Assembly (NCBI RefSeq): GCF_056712565.1
Contig: NZ_CM160072.1
Length of the DNA stretch: 64,000 bases
Reading direction: 5' to 3' (one strand)
The notes beneath the pieces are model-generated. The model was given only the letters and a program-made list of their open reading frames with translations. It had not been told where the DNA came from and searched no databases. The translations under genes were made by a program, and so were the position numbers. Below, piece after piece: positions 30,918-42,099 of this stretch. The first letter of the stretch is position 1; each line of letters starts with the position of its first letter.

Positions 30918-33900
30918 TTACGGTCTGACTATCAACAGATCGTCAGCCGCACCAGTCGCCCGCCATTGAGGAACATACATTGATTCCACCATAGGCTGCG
31001 GCACCTGATACGTTCCCGGCGTCACCGCCCGCGCCAGATACACCAGCGTTACCGGTTGATATTCATCAACGGCAACCGCCGCCACAAAGCGATCGTCACG
31101 GAACTCTATGTGCTTAATGCTCGCCTGCTGCATCTGGTTCAGCAAGTTCTGCACTTCACCACCACTTTGCTCCAGGCTGGCGCTGCCGTTCGCCAGATTC
31201 TGGTTTTCCAGTTCCAGCCCCGCAGGCAACAGATCCACGACTAACGCATCCGGTACACTGTTACTGGCTTTAACCTGCAACCACACCAGCACCAGATCGC
31301 CGCTACGTAACGAGTCCAGCGATTTGCTCTTACCGTCAGTACCCAGAATATGACGCTCAATTTGCAGCACATTGCTCGCCGGTAAAGGTGCGGATTGCGG
31401 ATAACCGCTGGCATCCACACGCAGCCATAACGGCTGATCGCCACTGTTGGTCACCTGCAAGGTGGCAAGTTGATCGCTATTCAGATTGCTGGTTTGCGCT
31501 TTCTCGCCTGTCAGCGGCTCAGCAGAGAAAGTGGTTTGCGCCTGCCATTTGCCCGGTAAATCCTGAAGAGTACGGGCAGCCAGGAACAACGCGTTACTTT
31601 CCTGCGTCGATAGCCAGCGTTCACCGAACGCCTGCTGCGAAAGTGTGTTCAACAGGGAGTACTGCTCATCGGGTAGCAGTTTGTTCTCTTCCAGCAATGA
31701 GAGCATCAACGCGCTGTCGCGCAGTGGACTACCGTAATCACCCAGCCATATCCGCTCATCACTATTACGCGGCGTTTTCAGCGCCAGCACAATCGCTTCT
31801 TCACCACGCATTGCATCACCCATGGTTTTCAGCGCAACGCCAAGTTGCAGCAGCGGTAAACCAGAAGCGGCATCTGCACGATGCTCCCAGATTTCACGCA
31901 GCGCACCCAGTGGTGCTTTTTGCTGACGGGCCAACACCAGCGCAGCGTAAGACTGTACGGCGAATTTACTGGCTTTGAGATTATCAGCGTACGGGATCGA
32001 CATCATGCCCGGATCTTGTAAATAGCGCAGCAGACGCTCATTACCCCGGTTAATGGCGTCTGTCGGCACGCTGTAACCCTGTTCGCCTGCGCGGACCAGG
32101 AAATCCATCACGTAAGCCGTCAGCCAGTACTCTTCGTCACCGTTTTTATCCCACAACGCAAAGCCGCCGTTATCACGTTGCATTTGCAGCAAACGGGAAA
32201 TGCCGATATCGACCGATGCACGGCGTTTCTCATCACTGTCGCCTTTGATGCCCAACGCCTGCAGTTGGGCTGCATTGGTATAAAGTGACGGGAACAGGCC
32301 GCTGGCGGTTTGCTCGAGACAGCCGTACGGATACGCTTTTAACTCTTTGATATAACGTGCGATGTTCAGCGGTGGTTTGCCACTCAACAACAATTGCCCT
32401 TCCAGCGTAACAGGCGAGAAGTTTTGCAATCCATCAGCCGGGAGCGCCCAGGTTTCACCAGGCTGTAACGCCGTACCGTAATTGACCGTTTGTGCCGGGA
32501 ATGCCGGACGGACGCCGATTTTCCACTGCTTATGCTGATCGGCAACGGTTTCCCCCGGTAACGCTAACCCGCTAATGGTGGCCTGAATGTCTCCATCGCC
32601 ATAACCCGGCAATGCACGCACCGGGATAAACAGCGTAGTACGCACCCCTGGCGCTAATTCAACAGGTGCGGGGGAATTACTCACCAGTTCAAGCAAGCCA
32701 CTGGCGGTCAGAGCAACATTAAGTTTTTGCGGTTTATCGGTAAGATTAGTGATATCCAGCGTCAGGCGCGAGGTATCGCCACTCGCCATAAAGCGCGGCA
32801 TGTTCAGTTCAGCAATCACCGGTGCGGCAACAATCACTTTGCTTTCGTTGCTTCCGAAGTCATCTGCCGTCCAGGCTTGCGCCATGACGCGCAATTCACC
32901 GTTAAAATCGCCAATTGGCAGTGTAACCGAGCCTTCGCCCTGTTCATTGAGCGTTACCGGCAGCGCCTGCTGCGCGACAATATTGACGTGATTGACCGGC
33001 GGTTTACCACCACGTTTCAGCTCATCACCATCGCCACCAAAACGCAGAGCTGCCAGACGCCCCTGACCTTCAATGACCTGACCGTAAATATCGTAAATGT
33101 CTGCGCCATAGCGTTTCTGACCAAAGAACGCCTGCCACGGATCTGGCGTGACGTAATCAGTAATATTCAGCACACCGCTATCAACCGCAGACACCAGCAC
33201 ATTCACCTGTTTTGGCATCTCACCATTTTTATTGCTGGCTTTAATTTTCACGGTTAATGGCTGATTGGGGCGCATTTTGGTGGGGGTTTCCAGCGCCAGA
33301 TCGAGGCGACGGTTTTCATCACCAAGCGGCAGATGCAACACCCCAACCGCGCGTTTTGGCGTCGCGGAGCGAGATTTATCGCCAGGACGTACCACCAGCG
33401 TACTTAAATACAGATCATGACGATTCCAGGTTTTATCGACCGGAATCGTCAGATCCAGCCCTTGAGCCGGAACATCAATCTCTTGCCACCACAGCGGCCC
33501 TTCACTGGACTCGACCATCGCATAACCTTTACCCGCCGTTGGCGCGGCAATATGCAACTTAATGGTATCGCCAGGGCAATAGCTGGCTTTATCCAGTTTC
33601 AGCGTGACACGGTCGGGTCGCACTGCACCACCCCCGTCGCTGTTATCCTGCCAGCTATACCCAGCCCAGAAACGCACACTACTGACCGCTTCATTCGGCG
33701 CTTTAACTTCCAGACGATAAGCGCCCCACTCTACCGGGAAACTGACCTTACCGGTTTCGTCCGCTTTCAGATCCAGAGTTTGTTCATTTTCGATCAGATC
33801 TTTTTGATCAAACTGTGACTGCCAGCCTTCATATTCCGACCAGTTCCAGTAGTAATCGCGGCGTTCGCGAATCAAGCGCACCTGCAAGCCCGACACGGCT

Positions 33901-35879
33901 TTTTTCACGCCTTGCGCATCGCTATAAACGATGTCAAAAGCGGCGTTACTACCTTCATCAACAATGGGCTGTTTCACCGTGCTGTCGGTGCGATAATCGT
34001 AAACCGATTTCGAGGCGAACTGCGGACGGATCCCTGGCAATGCATCAGCAGGCCAGATAGCCTGCTCAGCACGGCGCGTCACCGGGCGACCGCCCGATTC
34101 CAGCAAACTACCCTGGAAAATAACCTGTAATGGGGAATGTGTTTCCTTCCACTGGCTTTCTGTAGAAACTTCGCCGCGCCCTTTATCATCCAGCGTCAAC
34201 TGAACTTCATCCAGCGTGCGGGAAAGATTTTCGGCAGCTATATCGCCGAATTCAAAACCAGGTAAGGCTGACACAGCTTCACGCAGTGGGCGCAGGAAAA
34301 GTTGCCCTTGCAAAGTATTACCATTAGCAGGTGCACCATACAGGTAGTACCCCACCACGGAGAATTTCACTTCATCTTTCGGCGTTAGCGGGGTTTTCTC
34401 ACCGGTCAGATTCAGCGCCATACGCTCTGGCATAAAATCTTCGACGTGGAAATCCCACATCCGATACTGGTTATCGCCCGTGTTAGCGCGAATATGCCAC
34501 ATACCGGTTGCCGCATTGCTATCGAGTGGCCAGGTAAAGTGGTAGAGGCCATTCTCCGGCTGACTAACGACGCTCCTGAGTACCTGCCCGTCGGGTTTAA
34601 TCACGTCTAACTTGATGGGTTGATCGGGCAATGCTTTACCGTCTGCATCACGCAGCAAACCATTGAGGATGACCGTTTCACCCGGGCGATAAAGATCGCG
34701 CGGGCCAAACATGAAAAACTGTTTGCTATAGCCCGGCGCGCCAGCAATGTTAAATTCCGCTAAGTCCAGCGCCGGGAGTTTTAAATCGAGCAGCGTTGTC
34801 CGACCGTTTTTACGCGCCAGCAGTAATGCCGCGTTTTTATCATTTTCCAGCTGCACATGCCCCTGAGCGTCACTGGTTGCCTGAGTCAGAGTCTGCCCTT
34901 TCTCATTTAATAAAGAGACTTCAATTCCTTGCTGGGCCGCGCCGTTTTCCAGACTTTGGGTAAAGATATCCAGACGATTGTGATAACGGTGAGCTGAAAC
35001 GCCAATATCACTTAACGTAAACAGCGTCGCGGGATTACTGTAATCGTAACGTCCAGCCTGATTCATCACAGCCAGATACACGCCCGCCTGCTGAAGCGGT
35101 TTGATATCGCCCAGCGGCAGCAATAATTTTTCACGGGTGTTACGCGCAGGATTGAGATCAAACCGTCCGGTGTAGACCAGATCCGCCATCTGCAGCAGTT
35201 TATCTGACTGCCAGTTCGCCAGCGAATTGCGGTATTCCCACTGGCTAATGAAAGCGGGCAGTGATTCTGGTTTCACACGGAAGAAGTTAACATCGACATT
35301 GTTAACGTTAAGCGCCATTACCGGCAGCCCTTCAACGACCTTACCAGGAAGCAACGAACCACGACTGGCAAAACCGACGCTGGGTTGGATATCGCGGGTA
35401 GTTATAGTTTTTTCGTCATCTTTACTAAAGGTTGCGTTATTGAGCGCTTTGACCTCCTTGCCAATAGTGACGATCAAATCACGTTTCGGTTCGAGGTGGC
35501 GTAAACGCAGCTCTTTAAGATTATGTGACAGCTCCCAGGCACCATCCACTTTGCCGCTTTTTTTATCGACGACATGAATAACGCGTGAGAAATCCTGATC
35601 CGGGTCGAGAGGGATGGAGAACGTCAGCACCAGCGTGGCTGCGCCATCGAGTTGAACTTCAGAGAGATCCAGCAATGTCAGCGCCTTACCGGCACTCTGT
35701 TGGGCCAGTTTTTGTCGCTCCGGCGCGGAAAGTTTTGCTGAACTCACGTTTTCTGAAGAGGCCGCTTTAGTAACTTCAGAAGGCGCATCTTTTTTCACCG
35801 CTGTTGGCGCGTTATCGTTGTTGTCGCACCCTGCCAGCGCCAGCATTAGCATGCAGGCGGCTACGCGTAACTTTTTCAT
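30918..35879 (-). CDS. yfhM: Alpha-2-macroglobulin family lipoprotein (thioester-containing)
   Basis: 1653 aa; lipoprotein signal MKKLRVAACMLMLALAGC; thioester motif GCLEQ (YPYGCLEQTASG). Confidence 0.9.
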   Translation of the reverse strand: MKKLRVAACMLMLALAGCDNNDNAPTAVKKDAPSEVTKAASSENVSSAKLSAPERQKLAQQSAGKALTLLDLSEVQLDGAATLVLTFSIPLDPDQDFSRVIHVVDKKSGKVDGAWELSHNLKELRLRHLEPKRDLIVTIGKEVKALNNATFSKDDEKTITTRDIQPSVGFASRGSLLPGKVVEGLPVMALNVNNVDVNFFRVKPESLPAFISQWEYRNSLANWQSDKLLQMADLVYTGRFDLNPARNTREKLLLPLGDIKPLQQAGVYLAVMNQAGRYDYSNPATLFTLSDIGVSAHRYHNRLDIFTQSLENGAAQQGIEVSLLNEKGQTLTQATSDAQGHVQLENDKNAALLLARKNGRTTLLDLKLPALDLAEFNIAGAPGYSKQFFMFGPRDLYRPGETVILNGLLRDADGKALPDQPIKLDVIKPDGQVLRSVVSQPENGLYHFTWPLDSNAATGMWHIRANTGDNQYRMWDFHVEDFMPERMALNLTGEKTPLTPKDEVKFSVVGYYLYGAPANGNTLQGQLFLRPLREAVSALPGFEFGDIAAENLSRTLDEVQLTLDDKGRGEVSTESQWKETHSPLQVIFQGSLLESGGRPVTRRAEQAIWPADALPGIRPQFASKSVYDYRTDSTVKQPIVDEGSNAAFDIVYSDAQGVKKAVSGLQVRLIRERRDYYWNWSEYEGWQSQFDQKDLIENEQTLDLKADETGKVSFPVEWGAYRLEVKAPNEAVSSVRFWAGYSWQDNSDGGGAVRPDRVTLKLDKASYCPGDTIKLHIAAPTAGKGYAMVESSEGPLWWQEIDVPAQGLDLTIPVDKTWNRHDLYLSTLVVRPGDKSRSATPKRAVGVLHLPLGDENRRLDLALETPTKMRPNQPLTVKIKASNKNGEMPKQVNVLVSAVDSGVLNITDYVTPDPWQAFFGQKRYGADIYDIYGQVIEGQGRLAALRFGGDGDELKRGGKPPVNHVNIVAQQALPVTLNEQGEGSVTLPIGDFNGELRVMAQAWTADDFGSNESKVIVAAPVIAELNMPRFMASGDTSRLTLDITNLTDKPQKLNVALTASGLLELVSNSPAPVELAPGVRTTLFIPVRALPGYGDGDIQATISGLALPGETVADQHKQWKIGVRPAFPAQTVNYGTALQPGETWALPADGLQNFSPVTLEGQLLLSGKPPLNIARYIKELKAYPYGCLEQTASGLFPSLYTNAAQLQALGIKGDSDEKRRASVDIGISRLLQMQRDNGGFALWDKNGDEEYWLTAYVMDFLVRAGEQGYSVPTDAINRGNERLLRYLQDPGMMSIPYADNLKASKFAVQSYAALVLARQQKAPLGALREIWEHRADAASGLPLLQLGVALKTMGDAMRGEEAIVLALKTPRNSDERIWLGDYGSPLRDSALMLSLLEENKLLPDEQYSLLNTLSQQAFGERWLSTQESNALFLAARTLQDLPGKWQAQTTFSAEPLTGEKAQTSNLNSDQLATLQVTNSGDQPLWLRVDASGYPQSAPLPASNVLQIERHILGTDGKSKSLDSLRSGDLVLVWLQVKASNSVPDALVVDLLPAGLELENQNLANGSASLEQSGGEVQNLLNQMQQASIKHIEFRDDRFVAAVAVDEYQPVTLVYLARAVTPGTYQVPQPMVESMYVPQWRATGAADDLLIVRP

Positions 35880-36085
35880 TTTTCATCCCTGCCACAATGG
35901 CCCGTTAGCAACGTCGAATAATTATTATGCGTGAGAATTTACGTTATGTAATTCAGTATCACGCCCATACAATCCGAATTTTAGTGAGAATTGTGGCTCA
36001 GACAGCCAAATCAGCCTCTTTTGCTTGTCGCTTTTCACTAAACATCCGACAATTTAGCCTAACCCCGGCAAAAATGGAGATGCCT

Positions 36086-36931
36086 ATGTCCACGACATGG
36101 TTTGTAGGAGCCGACTGGCTCGCCGAACATATTGATGACCCGGAAATTCAGATTATCGATGCCCGCATGGCGTCGCCTGGACAGGAAGATCGTAACGTTG
36201 CTCAGGAGTATCTGAATGGACATATTCCAGGCGCAGTGTTTTTTGATATCGAAGCGCTTTCTGATCACACTTCCCCGCTTCCGCACATGCTGCCGCGCCC
36301 GGAAACGTTCGCCGTGGCGATGCGTGAATTAGGCGTTAACCAGGATAAGCACCTGATTGTCTATGACGAAGGTAATCTTTTCTCAGCCCCACGAGCATGG
36401 TGGATGCTGCGCACCTTTGGTGTAGAGAAAGTGTCGATTCTGGGTGGTGGACTTGCAGGCTGGCAGCGTGATGATCTGCTATTAGAGGAAGGCGCAGTAG
36501 AGCTGCCGGAAGGAGAGTTTAACGCCGCGTTTAATCCTGAAGCCGTGGTGAAAGTAACCGATGTATTATTGGCAAGCCATGAAAATACGGCGCAAATTAT
36601 TGATGCCCGCCCGGCTACACGTTTTAACGCAGAAGTTGATGAACCTCGCCCAGGTTTACGTCGCGGACATATTCCCGGTGCATTGAACGTTCCGTGGACG
36701 GAACTGGTACGTGAAGGCGAACTAAAAACGACCGATGAACTGGATGCGATATTTTTTGGTCGCGGTGTCAGCTACGACAAACCAATTATCGTCAGCTGCG
36801 GTTCTGGTGTAACAGCAGCCGTGGTTTTGTTGGCACTTGCGACGCTGGATGTGACAAACGTGAAACTGTACGACGGCGCATGGAGTGAATGGGGCGCACG
36901 GGCAGATTTACCGGTTGAGCCCGTAAAATAA
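36086..36931 (+). CDS. sseA: 3-mercaptopyruvate sulfurtransferase (tandem rhodanese domains)
   Basis: Translation from MSTTWFVGADWLAEHIDDPEIQIIDARM... with catalytic CGSGVTA. ATG at 36086 with GGAG RBS; the track ORF has a 53-codon upstream extension. Confidence 0.9.
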   Translation: MSTTWFVGADWLAEHIDDPEIQIIDARMASPGQEDRNVAQEYLNGHIPGAVFFDIEALSDHTSPLPHMLPRPETFAVAMRELGVNQDKHLIVYDEGNLFSAPRAWWMLRTFGVEKVSILGGGLAGWQRDDLLLEEGAVELPEGEFNAAFNPEAVVKVTDVLLASHENTAQIIDARPATRFNAEVDEPRPGLRRGHIPGALNVPWTELVREGELKTTDELDAIFFGRGVSYDKPIIVSCGSGVTAAVVLLALATLDVTNVKLYDGAWSEWGARADLPVEPVK

Positions 36932-36945
36932 GCTTTTTACAGGCA

Positions 36946-36978
36946 ATAAAAAACCGCCGAATCTGGCGGTTTTTTATT
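36946..36978 (+). terminator. Rho-independent terminator of sseA
   Basis: aaaaaaccgccgaatctggcggttttttatt: GC stem plus T6. Confidence 0.6.
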
Positions 36979-37109
36979 GCTGGTCTGGTTCGCGGCCTTT
37001 CCAGCAGGTTGTATTACCGTAGTAATGCAAGCGCGTCTCAGCGGACACAATACTCGCCAGTAACTCTCTTTTTGTCAAGTAAAAGAGAGTTATTATTGTT
37101 CTGTTAGTG

Positions 37110-37425
37110 TATTATCCACTGCGGCCCTTTCCGCCGTCTCGCAAGCGGGCGCTGGCTTAAGGAAAGGATGTTCCGCGACCGTTAGGGCAAGCGCGTCTCA
37201 GCGCTTGCTATCGCGGCAATATCGCCAGTGGTGCTGTCGTGATGCGGTCTTCGCATGGACCGCACAATGAAGATACGGTGCTTTTGTATCGTACTTATTG
37301 TTTCTGGTGCGCTGTTAACCGAGGTAAATAATAACCGGAGTCTCTCCGGCAACAATTTACTGGTGGTTAACAACCTTCAGAACAGCAAGTAAGCCCGAAT
37401 GCCGCCCTTTGGGGCGGCATGTTTT
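37110..37425 (+). ncRNA. ryfA: Candidate RyfA-type small RNA locus in the sseA-sseB spacer (boundaries approximate)
   Basis: About 450 bp with no ORF of 60 aa or more. Possible promoter TTGTCA-N16-TATTGT near 37073-37101. Terminates in a strong plus-strand hairpin with T-run at 37397-37425. From memory, ryfA occupies the sseA-sseB spacer in E. coli; the 5' end is a guess. Confidence 0.3.
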
Positions 37426-37426
37426 A
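37397..37426 (+). terminator. Intrinsic terminator at the 3' end of the ryfA-like locus, overlapping the sseB stop
   Basis: atgccgccc-tttg-gggcggcat followed by gtttt. Confidence 0.5.
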
Positions 37427-38200
37427 AATTATCCGGTTCTGTTTAAAGTCACGCAAAAAACCACCCCAGCGACGTTCATAGAATGGCGCAATATGTTCGG
37501 TAATAAAGTGGCTAATACCTTTTTCCCCTTTTTTCACCTGACAAATATCGATGGGTTCATCGCCAGGTAATGTATCGGTCGCTACACTTCCCGCCGCCTG
37601 AATAATTTCTTCGATATCACCATCGGCTTCAATGCCAATAAGTAAATTAGGCTGTGCCTCTTCGTTCTCTTTAATTGAACAAATAAAAGCACGCTTCACC
37701 GGCTTAATGGTTTTAAATAAGGTGGTAAGTGAATCAATCATTTGCGCTGGCGGCTCTGCGACCTCCGATAATATCAGCGATTCACCGCCTTCCAGTACTT
37801 CCTGGCTACTCAGCGGATTCCCTTCTTCACCAATCAACAAACTGATTTCACGCGGCATAAACTCTTTACCGGTTGGCAGTTTGGCATTAAGGAAGAGCGT
37901 TTCGCCAAGGGTCATCTCAAACAATGTGCGAACGGGCATTACGACAAATGCCTGTTCGTCTTCAACCGCCTGTTGAAGTGCTTCTAACGAGGTAAAAAAA
38001 GGAATGACGCTGGTGCCGTCTTCTTTTTCCCAGTGCTGTAAATCAAGCGCGCTATCTTCAACTACTGCCTCGCCCTGCGCCGCCGTACCAGGCACCCAGA
38101 CGGTGGATTCCAGTAGAGTACGGAAAAAGGCCGGGCGGTGAGCCGGTTCGGTTGCTGCTTTTTCCAGCAGGTCTTCAAGTTCGTTTTTTGTTTCGGACAT
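37424..38200 (-). CDS. sseB: Serine sensitivity enhancing protein SseB
   Basis: Translation from MSETKNELEDLLEKAATEPAHRPAFFRTL... (258 aa). The track ORF starts 3 codons upstream at GTG; ATG at 38198-38200 is used. Confidence 0.88.
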   Translation of the reverse strand: MSETKNELEDLLEKAATEPAHRPAFFRTLLESTVWVPGTAAQGEAVVEDSALDLQHWEKEDGTSVIPFFTSLEALQQAVEDEQAFVVMPVRTLFEMTLGETLFLNAKLPTGKEFMPREISLLIGEEGNPLSSQEVLEGGESLILSEVAEPPAQMIDSLTTLFKTIKPVKRAFICSIKENEEAQPNLLIGIEADGDIEEIIQAAGSVATDTLPGDEPIDICQVKKGEKGISHFITEHIAPFYERRWGGFLRDFKQNRII

Positions 38201-38235
38201 AAGAACCACAATTCATTCAACGTTCGGGGAGCAAG

Positions 38236-38335
<100 letters not shown>

Positions 38336-38341
38336 ATTAGT

Positions 38342-39625
38342 TTACGCCGTTAACAGATTAGCAATCGTGCGCACACCAAGTCCCGTAGCACCCGCAGACC
38401 ACTGTTCAACCGGCGCTTTACGGTAAGTCGCCGAGCAGTCGATATGCAGCCAGCCTTGCTGATAGTTCTCAACAAAGTGCGACAGGAAGCCCGCCGCTGT
38501 GCTCGCGCCTGCCGGATACGCCGCGCTTCCGGTGTTGTTCAGTTCGGCAAAGTTAGACGGCAATTGATTGCGGTGGAACTCCGCCAGCGGCAGACGCCAG
38601 AACGGTTCATTCTCCTGCGCGGCACTCGCCAACAAGCGACCGGCAAGCGCATCGTCAAAACTGAACAGCGCGTGATAATCATTACCCAGCGCGGTTTTCG
38701 CCGCCCCGGTGAGGGTCGCCGCATCAATGATCAGTTCCGGTTTCTGCGCACTGGCATCAATCAGGCCATCGGCCAGCACCAGACGCCCTTCGGCATCAGT
38801 GTTCATCACTTCAACTTTTTTACCGTTGCGATAGGTAATAATATCGCCCAGTTTGAACGCGTTGCCGCTGATCAGGTTATCCGCACAACAGAGGAACAGC
38901 TTCACGCGCTTGTTCAGTCCGCGCGTAATGGCAAATGCCAGCGCCCCGGTAACCGTTGCCGCGCCGCCCATGTCCGACTTCATCGAGTCCATAAACGCAG
39001 TCTGTTTGATGCTGTAGCCGCCGGAATCAAAAGTGATGCCTTTACCAACCAGGCACGCGTACACTGGAGCTTCTTTATCGCCAGTTGGGTTGTAATCCAG
39101 CGCCAGCAATACCGGAGAACGTTCTGAACCGCGCCCGACCGTGTGCAGCCCCATATAACCTTGCTCACGCAGATCTTCGCCTTTGGTGATCCGGTAAGTC
39201 ACACGATCCCCTGCGACGTTGCTGATCAGATCAACAGCACGCTGTGCCAGTTGCGATGGCCCCAGCTCTTCTGCCGGTGCGTTGATGGTGTCACGCACCC
39301 AGTCGATGATCATCAGGCGGTTATCCAGTTCCTGACGCTGGGCATCGTCCAGATCCGGCCACTCCACTTTACGTATGCCTTTCGGGGCTTTGTAACCTTG
39401 CCAGAATGCCCAGCAGCGATCCGCATCCCAGCCTTCACCGCTTAACTGAACATGCTTGATGCCCAGACCGTCAATCTTGCGCGCCGCACGCTGGATCAAC
39501 CCCAGATCGTCTGCCCCGTTCAAATGCAGGGTAATGCCATCATTATTAATGCTGTAAGTCGCTTTTTCTCCCCAACGTGCGTCGGCAGGTTGGGTCGAGA
39601 GGGTAATCTTCATCGCTTCTGTCAT
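38342..39625 (-). CDS. pepB: Peptidase B (M17 aminopeptidase)
   Basis: 427 aa, [35 protein letters not shown]...; M17 signature [12 protein letters not shown]. Confidence 0.95.
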   Translation of the reverse strand: MTEAMKITLSTQPADARWGEKATYSINNDGITLHLNGADDLGLIQRAARKIDGLGIKHVQLSGEGWDADRCWAFWQGYKAPKGIRKVEWPDLDDAQRQELDNRLMIIDWVRDTINAPAEELGPSQLAQRAVDLISNVAGDRVTYRITKGEDLREQGYMGLHTVGRGSERSPVLLALDYNPTGDKEAPVYACLVGKGITFDSGGYSIKQTAFMDSMKSDMGGAATVTGALAFAITRGLNKRVKLFLCCADNLISGNAFKLGDIITYRNGKKVEVMNTDAEGRLVLADGLIDASAQKPELIIDAATLTGAAKTALGNDYHALFSFDDALAGRLLASAAQENEPFWRLPLAEFHRNQLPSNFAELNNTGSAAYPAGASTAAGFLSHFVENYQQGWLHIDCSATYRKAPVEQWSAGATGLGVRTIANLLTA

Positions 39626-39683
39626 TTTAGTTATCCTTATTCGTTTAACAGCAAAACGGGCTACCCCCAGGCAGCCCGTTCAT

Positions 39684-39884
39684 TTACTCGGCCTCGTCAA
39701 GCCAGACCAACAAAATCGCTTCGAGGATTTTCTCGTTGGATGCCTGCGGGTCGTCGTCGAAATCTTCCAGATCGCAAATCCACTGATGCATATCGGTGAA
39801 TCGAACCGTTTTCGGATCAAGATCGGGATACGCATCGTACAGTGCTTCGCCAATTTCGCGGCTATCCGTCCACTTAAGTCCCAT
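39684..39884 (-). CDS. iscX: Fe-S assembly protein IscX
   Basis: 66 aa, [36 protein letters not shown]... Confidence 0.9.
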
Positions 39885-39895
39885 ACTAACCTCTG

Positions 39896-40231
39896 TTAAT
39901 GCTCACGCGCATGGTTGATAGTGTAACGCGGGATTTCGACCACTAAATCTTCGTCGGTAACGCGCGCCTGGCAGCTTAAACGGCTTTCCGGCTCCAGTCC
40001 CCAGGCTTTGTCCAGCATGTCGTCTTCCTGCTCTGAGCTTTCCGGCAGCGAGTCAAAACCTTCACGAACGATGCAGTGGCAGGTGGTGCAAGCACAGGAT
40101 TTTTCACAGGCGTGTTCAATCTCGATACCGTTACGCAGCGCAACGTCGAGAATGGTTTCACCACTATTCGCTTCCAGAACAGCGCCATCAGGGCAGAGAT
40201 CCTGATGAGGCAAAATAACAATCTTTGGCAT
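39896..40231 (-). CDS. fdx: [2Fe-2S] ferredoxin of the isc cluster
   Basis: 111 aa, [53 protein letters not shown]... Confidence 0.95.
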
Positions 40232-40232
40232 A

Positions 40233-42083
40233 TTAAACCTCGTCCACGGAATGGCCTTTCAGCGCACGACGAACCGACTGGTCCATGCGGCGAGCGGCGA
40301 AATCCTGGGTTTGTTTGTCTACGTTTTTAATCGCTTGTTCGATGGCGTCAACATCATCGCCCTGCGCCACTTCACTCAGGTGAGCGGCAGCATCGTCAAT
40401 GACCTGACGCTCTGCGGCGCTTAACAGCGCGGCATCAGCAGCCAGCGCGCCGTGCAGACTTTCCAGCACACGCGCCGCTTCTACTTTTTGTTCTGCCAGC
40501 ATTCGGGCTTTTACGTCCTGCTCGGCATAGCTCATTGAGTCTTTAATCATCGAGGCGATTTCGCTGTCGGTCAGGCCATAAGAAGGTTTGACCTGAATAG
40601 ACGCCTCAACGCCGGTGGATTTCTCCATCGCCGTCACGCTCAAAAGACCGTCGGCATCGACCTGGAACGTCACGCGAATATGCGCGCCGCCAGCCGGTAG
40701 CGCCGGGATACCACGCAGTGCAAAACGCGCCAGCGAGCGGCAGTCCTGCACCAGTTCACGCTCACCCTGCATTACATGGATAGACATCGCCGTCTGACCA
40801 TCTTTAAAGGTGGTGAAATCCTGGGCGCGAGCCACCGGAATCGTGGTATTACGCGGAATCACTTTCTCCACCAGGCCGCCCATCGTTTCGAGGCCCAGCG
40901 ACAGTGGGATCACATCAAGCAGCAGCATTTCGCTGTCTGGCTTGTTACCCACCAGAATATCCGCCTGAATCGCCGCGCCAATAGCGACGACTTTATCCGG
41001 GTCGATGGAAGTCAGCGGTGGACGACCGAAAAATTCGCCTACCCGTTCACGCACCAGCGGCACGCGAGTAGAACCGCCCACCATCACCACTTCCAGCACT
41101 TCATCAGCTTCTACACCCGCGTCTTTCAGCGCGCGACGACAAGCCAGTAAGGTTCGTTTTACCAGTGGCGCGATCAGTTCATTGAATTGTTCACGGCTGA
41201 TTTCGCCCTGCCAGCCCGCAACGTTAACGGTCACGGAGTCCGCATCACTCAGCGCGATTTTGGCCGCAATGGCGGCATCCAGCAGTTCACGCTGAACGCG
41301 GTTATCGCTACGATCAGGAATGCCCGCCTGCTCGCGAATATAATCCGCCAGCAGATGGTCGAAATCATCGCCGCCGAGCGCGGAATCACCGCCGGTTGCC
41401 AGCACTTCAAACACGCCGCGACTTAAGCGCAGAATGGAAATATCAAACGTCCCGCCGCCGAGGTCATAAACGGCGATCACGCCTTCCTGACCGGAATCCA
41501 GCCCGTAGGCGATAGCCGCAGCGGTCGGTTCGTTAAGTAAGCGCAGAACATGCAACCCCGCCAGACGCGCCGCGTCTTTGGTGCCCTGACGCTGGGCATC
41601 GTCAAAGTACGCCGGAACGGTGATAACTACACCATCCAGCTCGCCTGCCAGGGCTTCAGTTGCCCGCGCCGCCAGTGCTTTGAGGATGTCCGCAGAAACG
41701 CGCACCGGGTTCAGCAGCCCCGCCGCCGTTTCAATCATCGGCAGGCCATTTTCGCTGGCCTGGAATTGATAAGGCAGATGCGGATAGCGTTGCTGGATAT
41801 CAGCCAGCGAGCGCCCCATCAGGCGTTTAACAGAACTAATGGTGTTGGCGGTGTCGAGCGCTGCGTTAGTACGCGCGTCATAACCCACCGAATGCCCTTG
41901 CTGTTGATAGTGAACAACAGATGGCAACAGGTGACGGCCTTCATGGTCAGCTAACGTTTCGGCCTGACCGCTGCGCACTGTCGCCACCAGCGAGTTGGTT
42001 GTGCCCAGGTCAATACCGGCCGCCAGACGACGCTGATGCGGCGCAGCACTCAAACCAGGTTCACTAATTTGTAATAAGGCCAT
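40233..42083 (-). CDS. hscA: Fe-S cluster chaperone HscA (Hsp70 family)
   Basis: Translation from [34 protein letters not shown]... (616 aa). ATG at 42081-42083; the track ORF has an 18-codon extension. Confidence 0.95.
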
Positions 42084-42099
42084 GTTTAGCTTCCAGAAA

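Noticed and set aside
35927-36085. N-terminal extensions of track ORFs (sseA here; likewise guaB, der, hscA, iscS, iscA, yphA, yphC, yphG, csiE, glyA, sseB)
   Set aside because: The extended forms begin at upstream in-frame alternative start codons without good RBS; the internal ATGs give the conserved N-termini and have Shine-Dalgarno sequences.
38444-39127. 227-aa plus-strand ORF
   Set aside because: Antisense to pepB.
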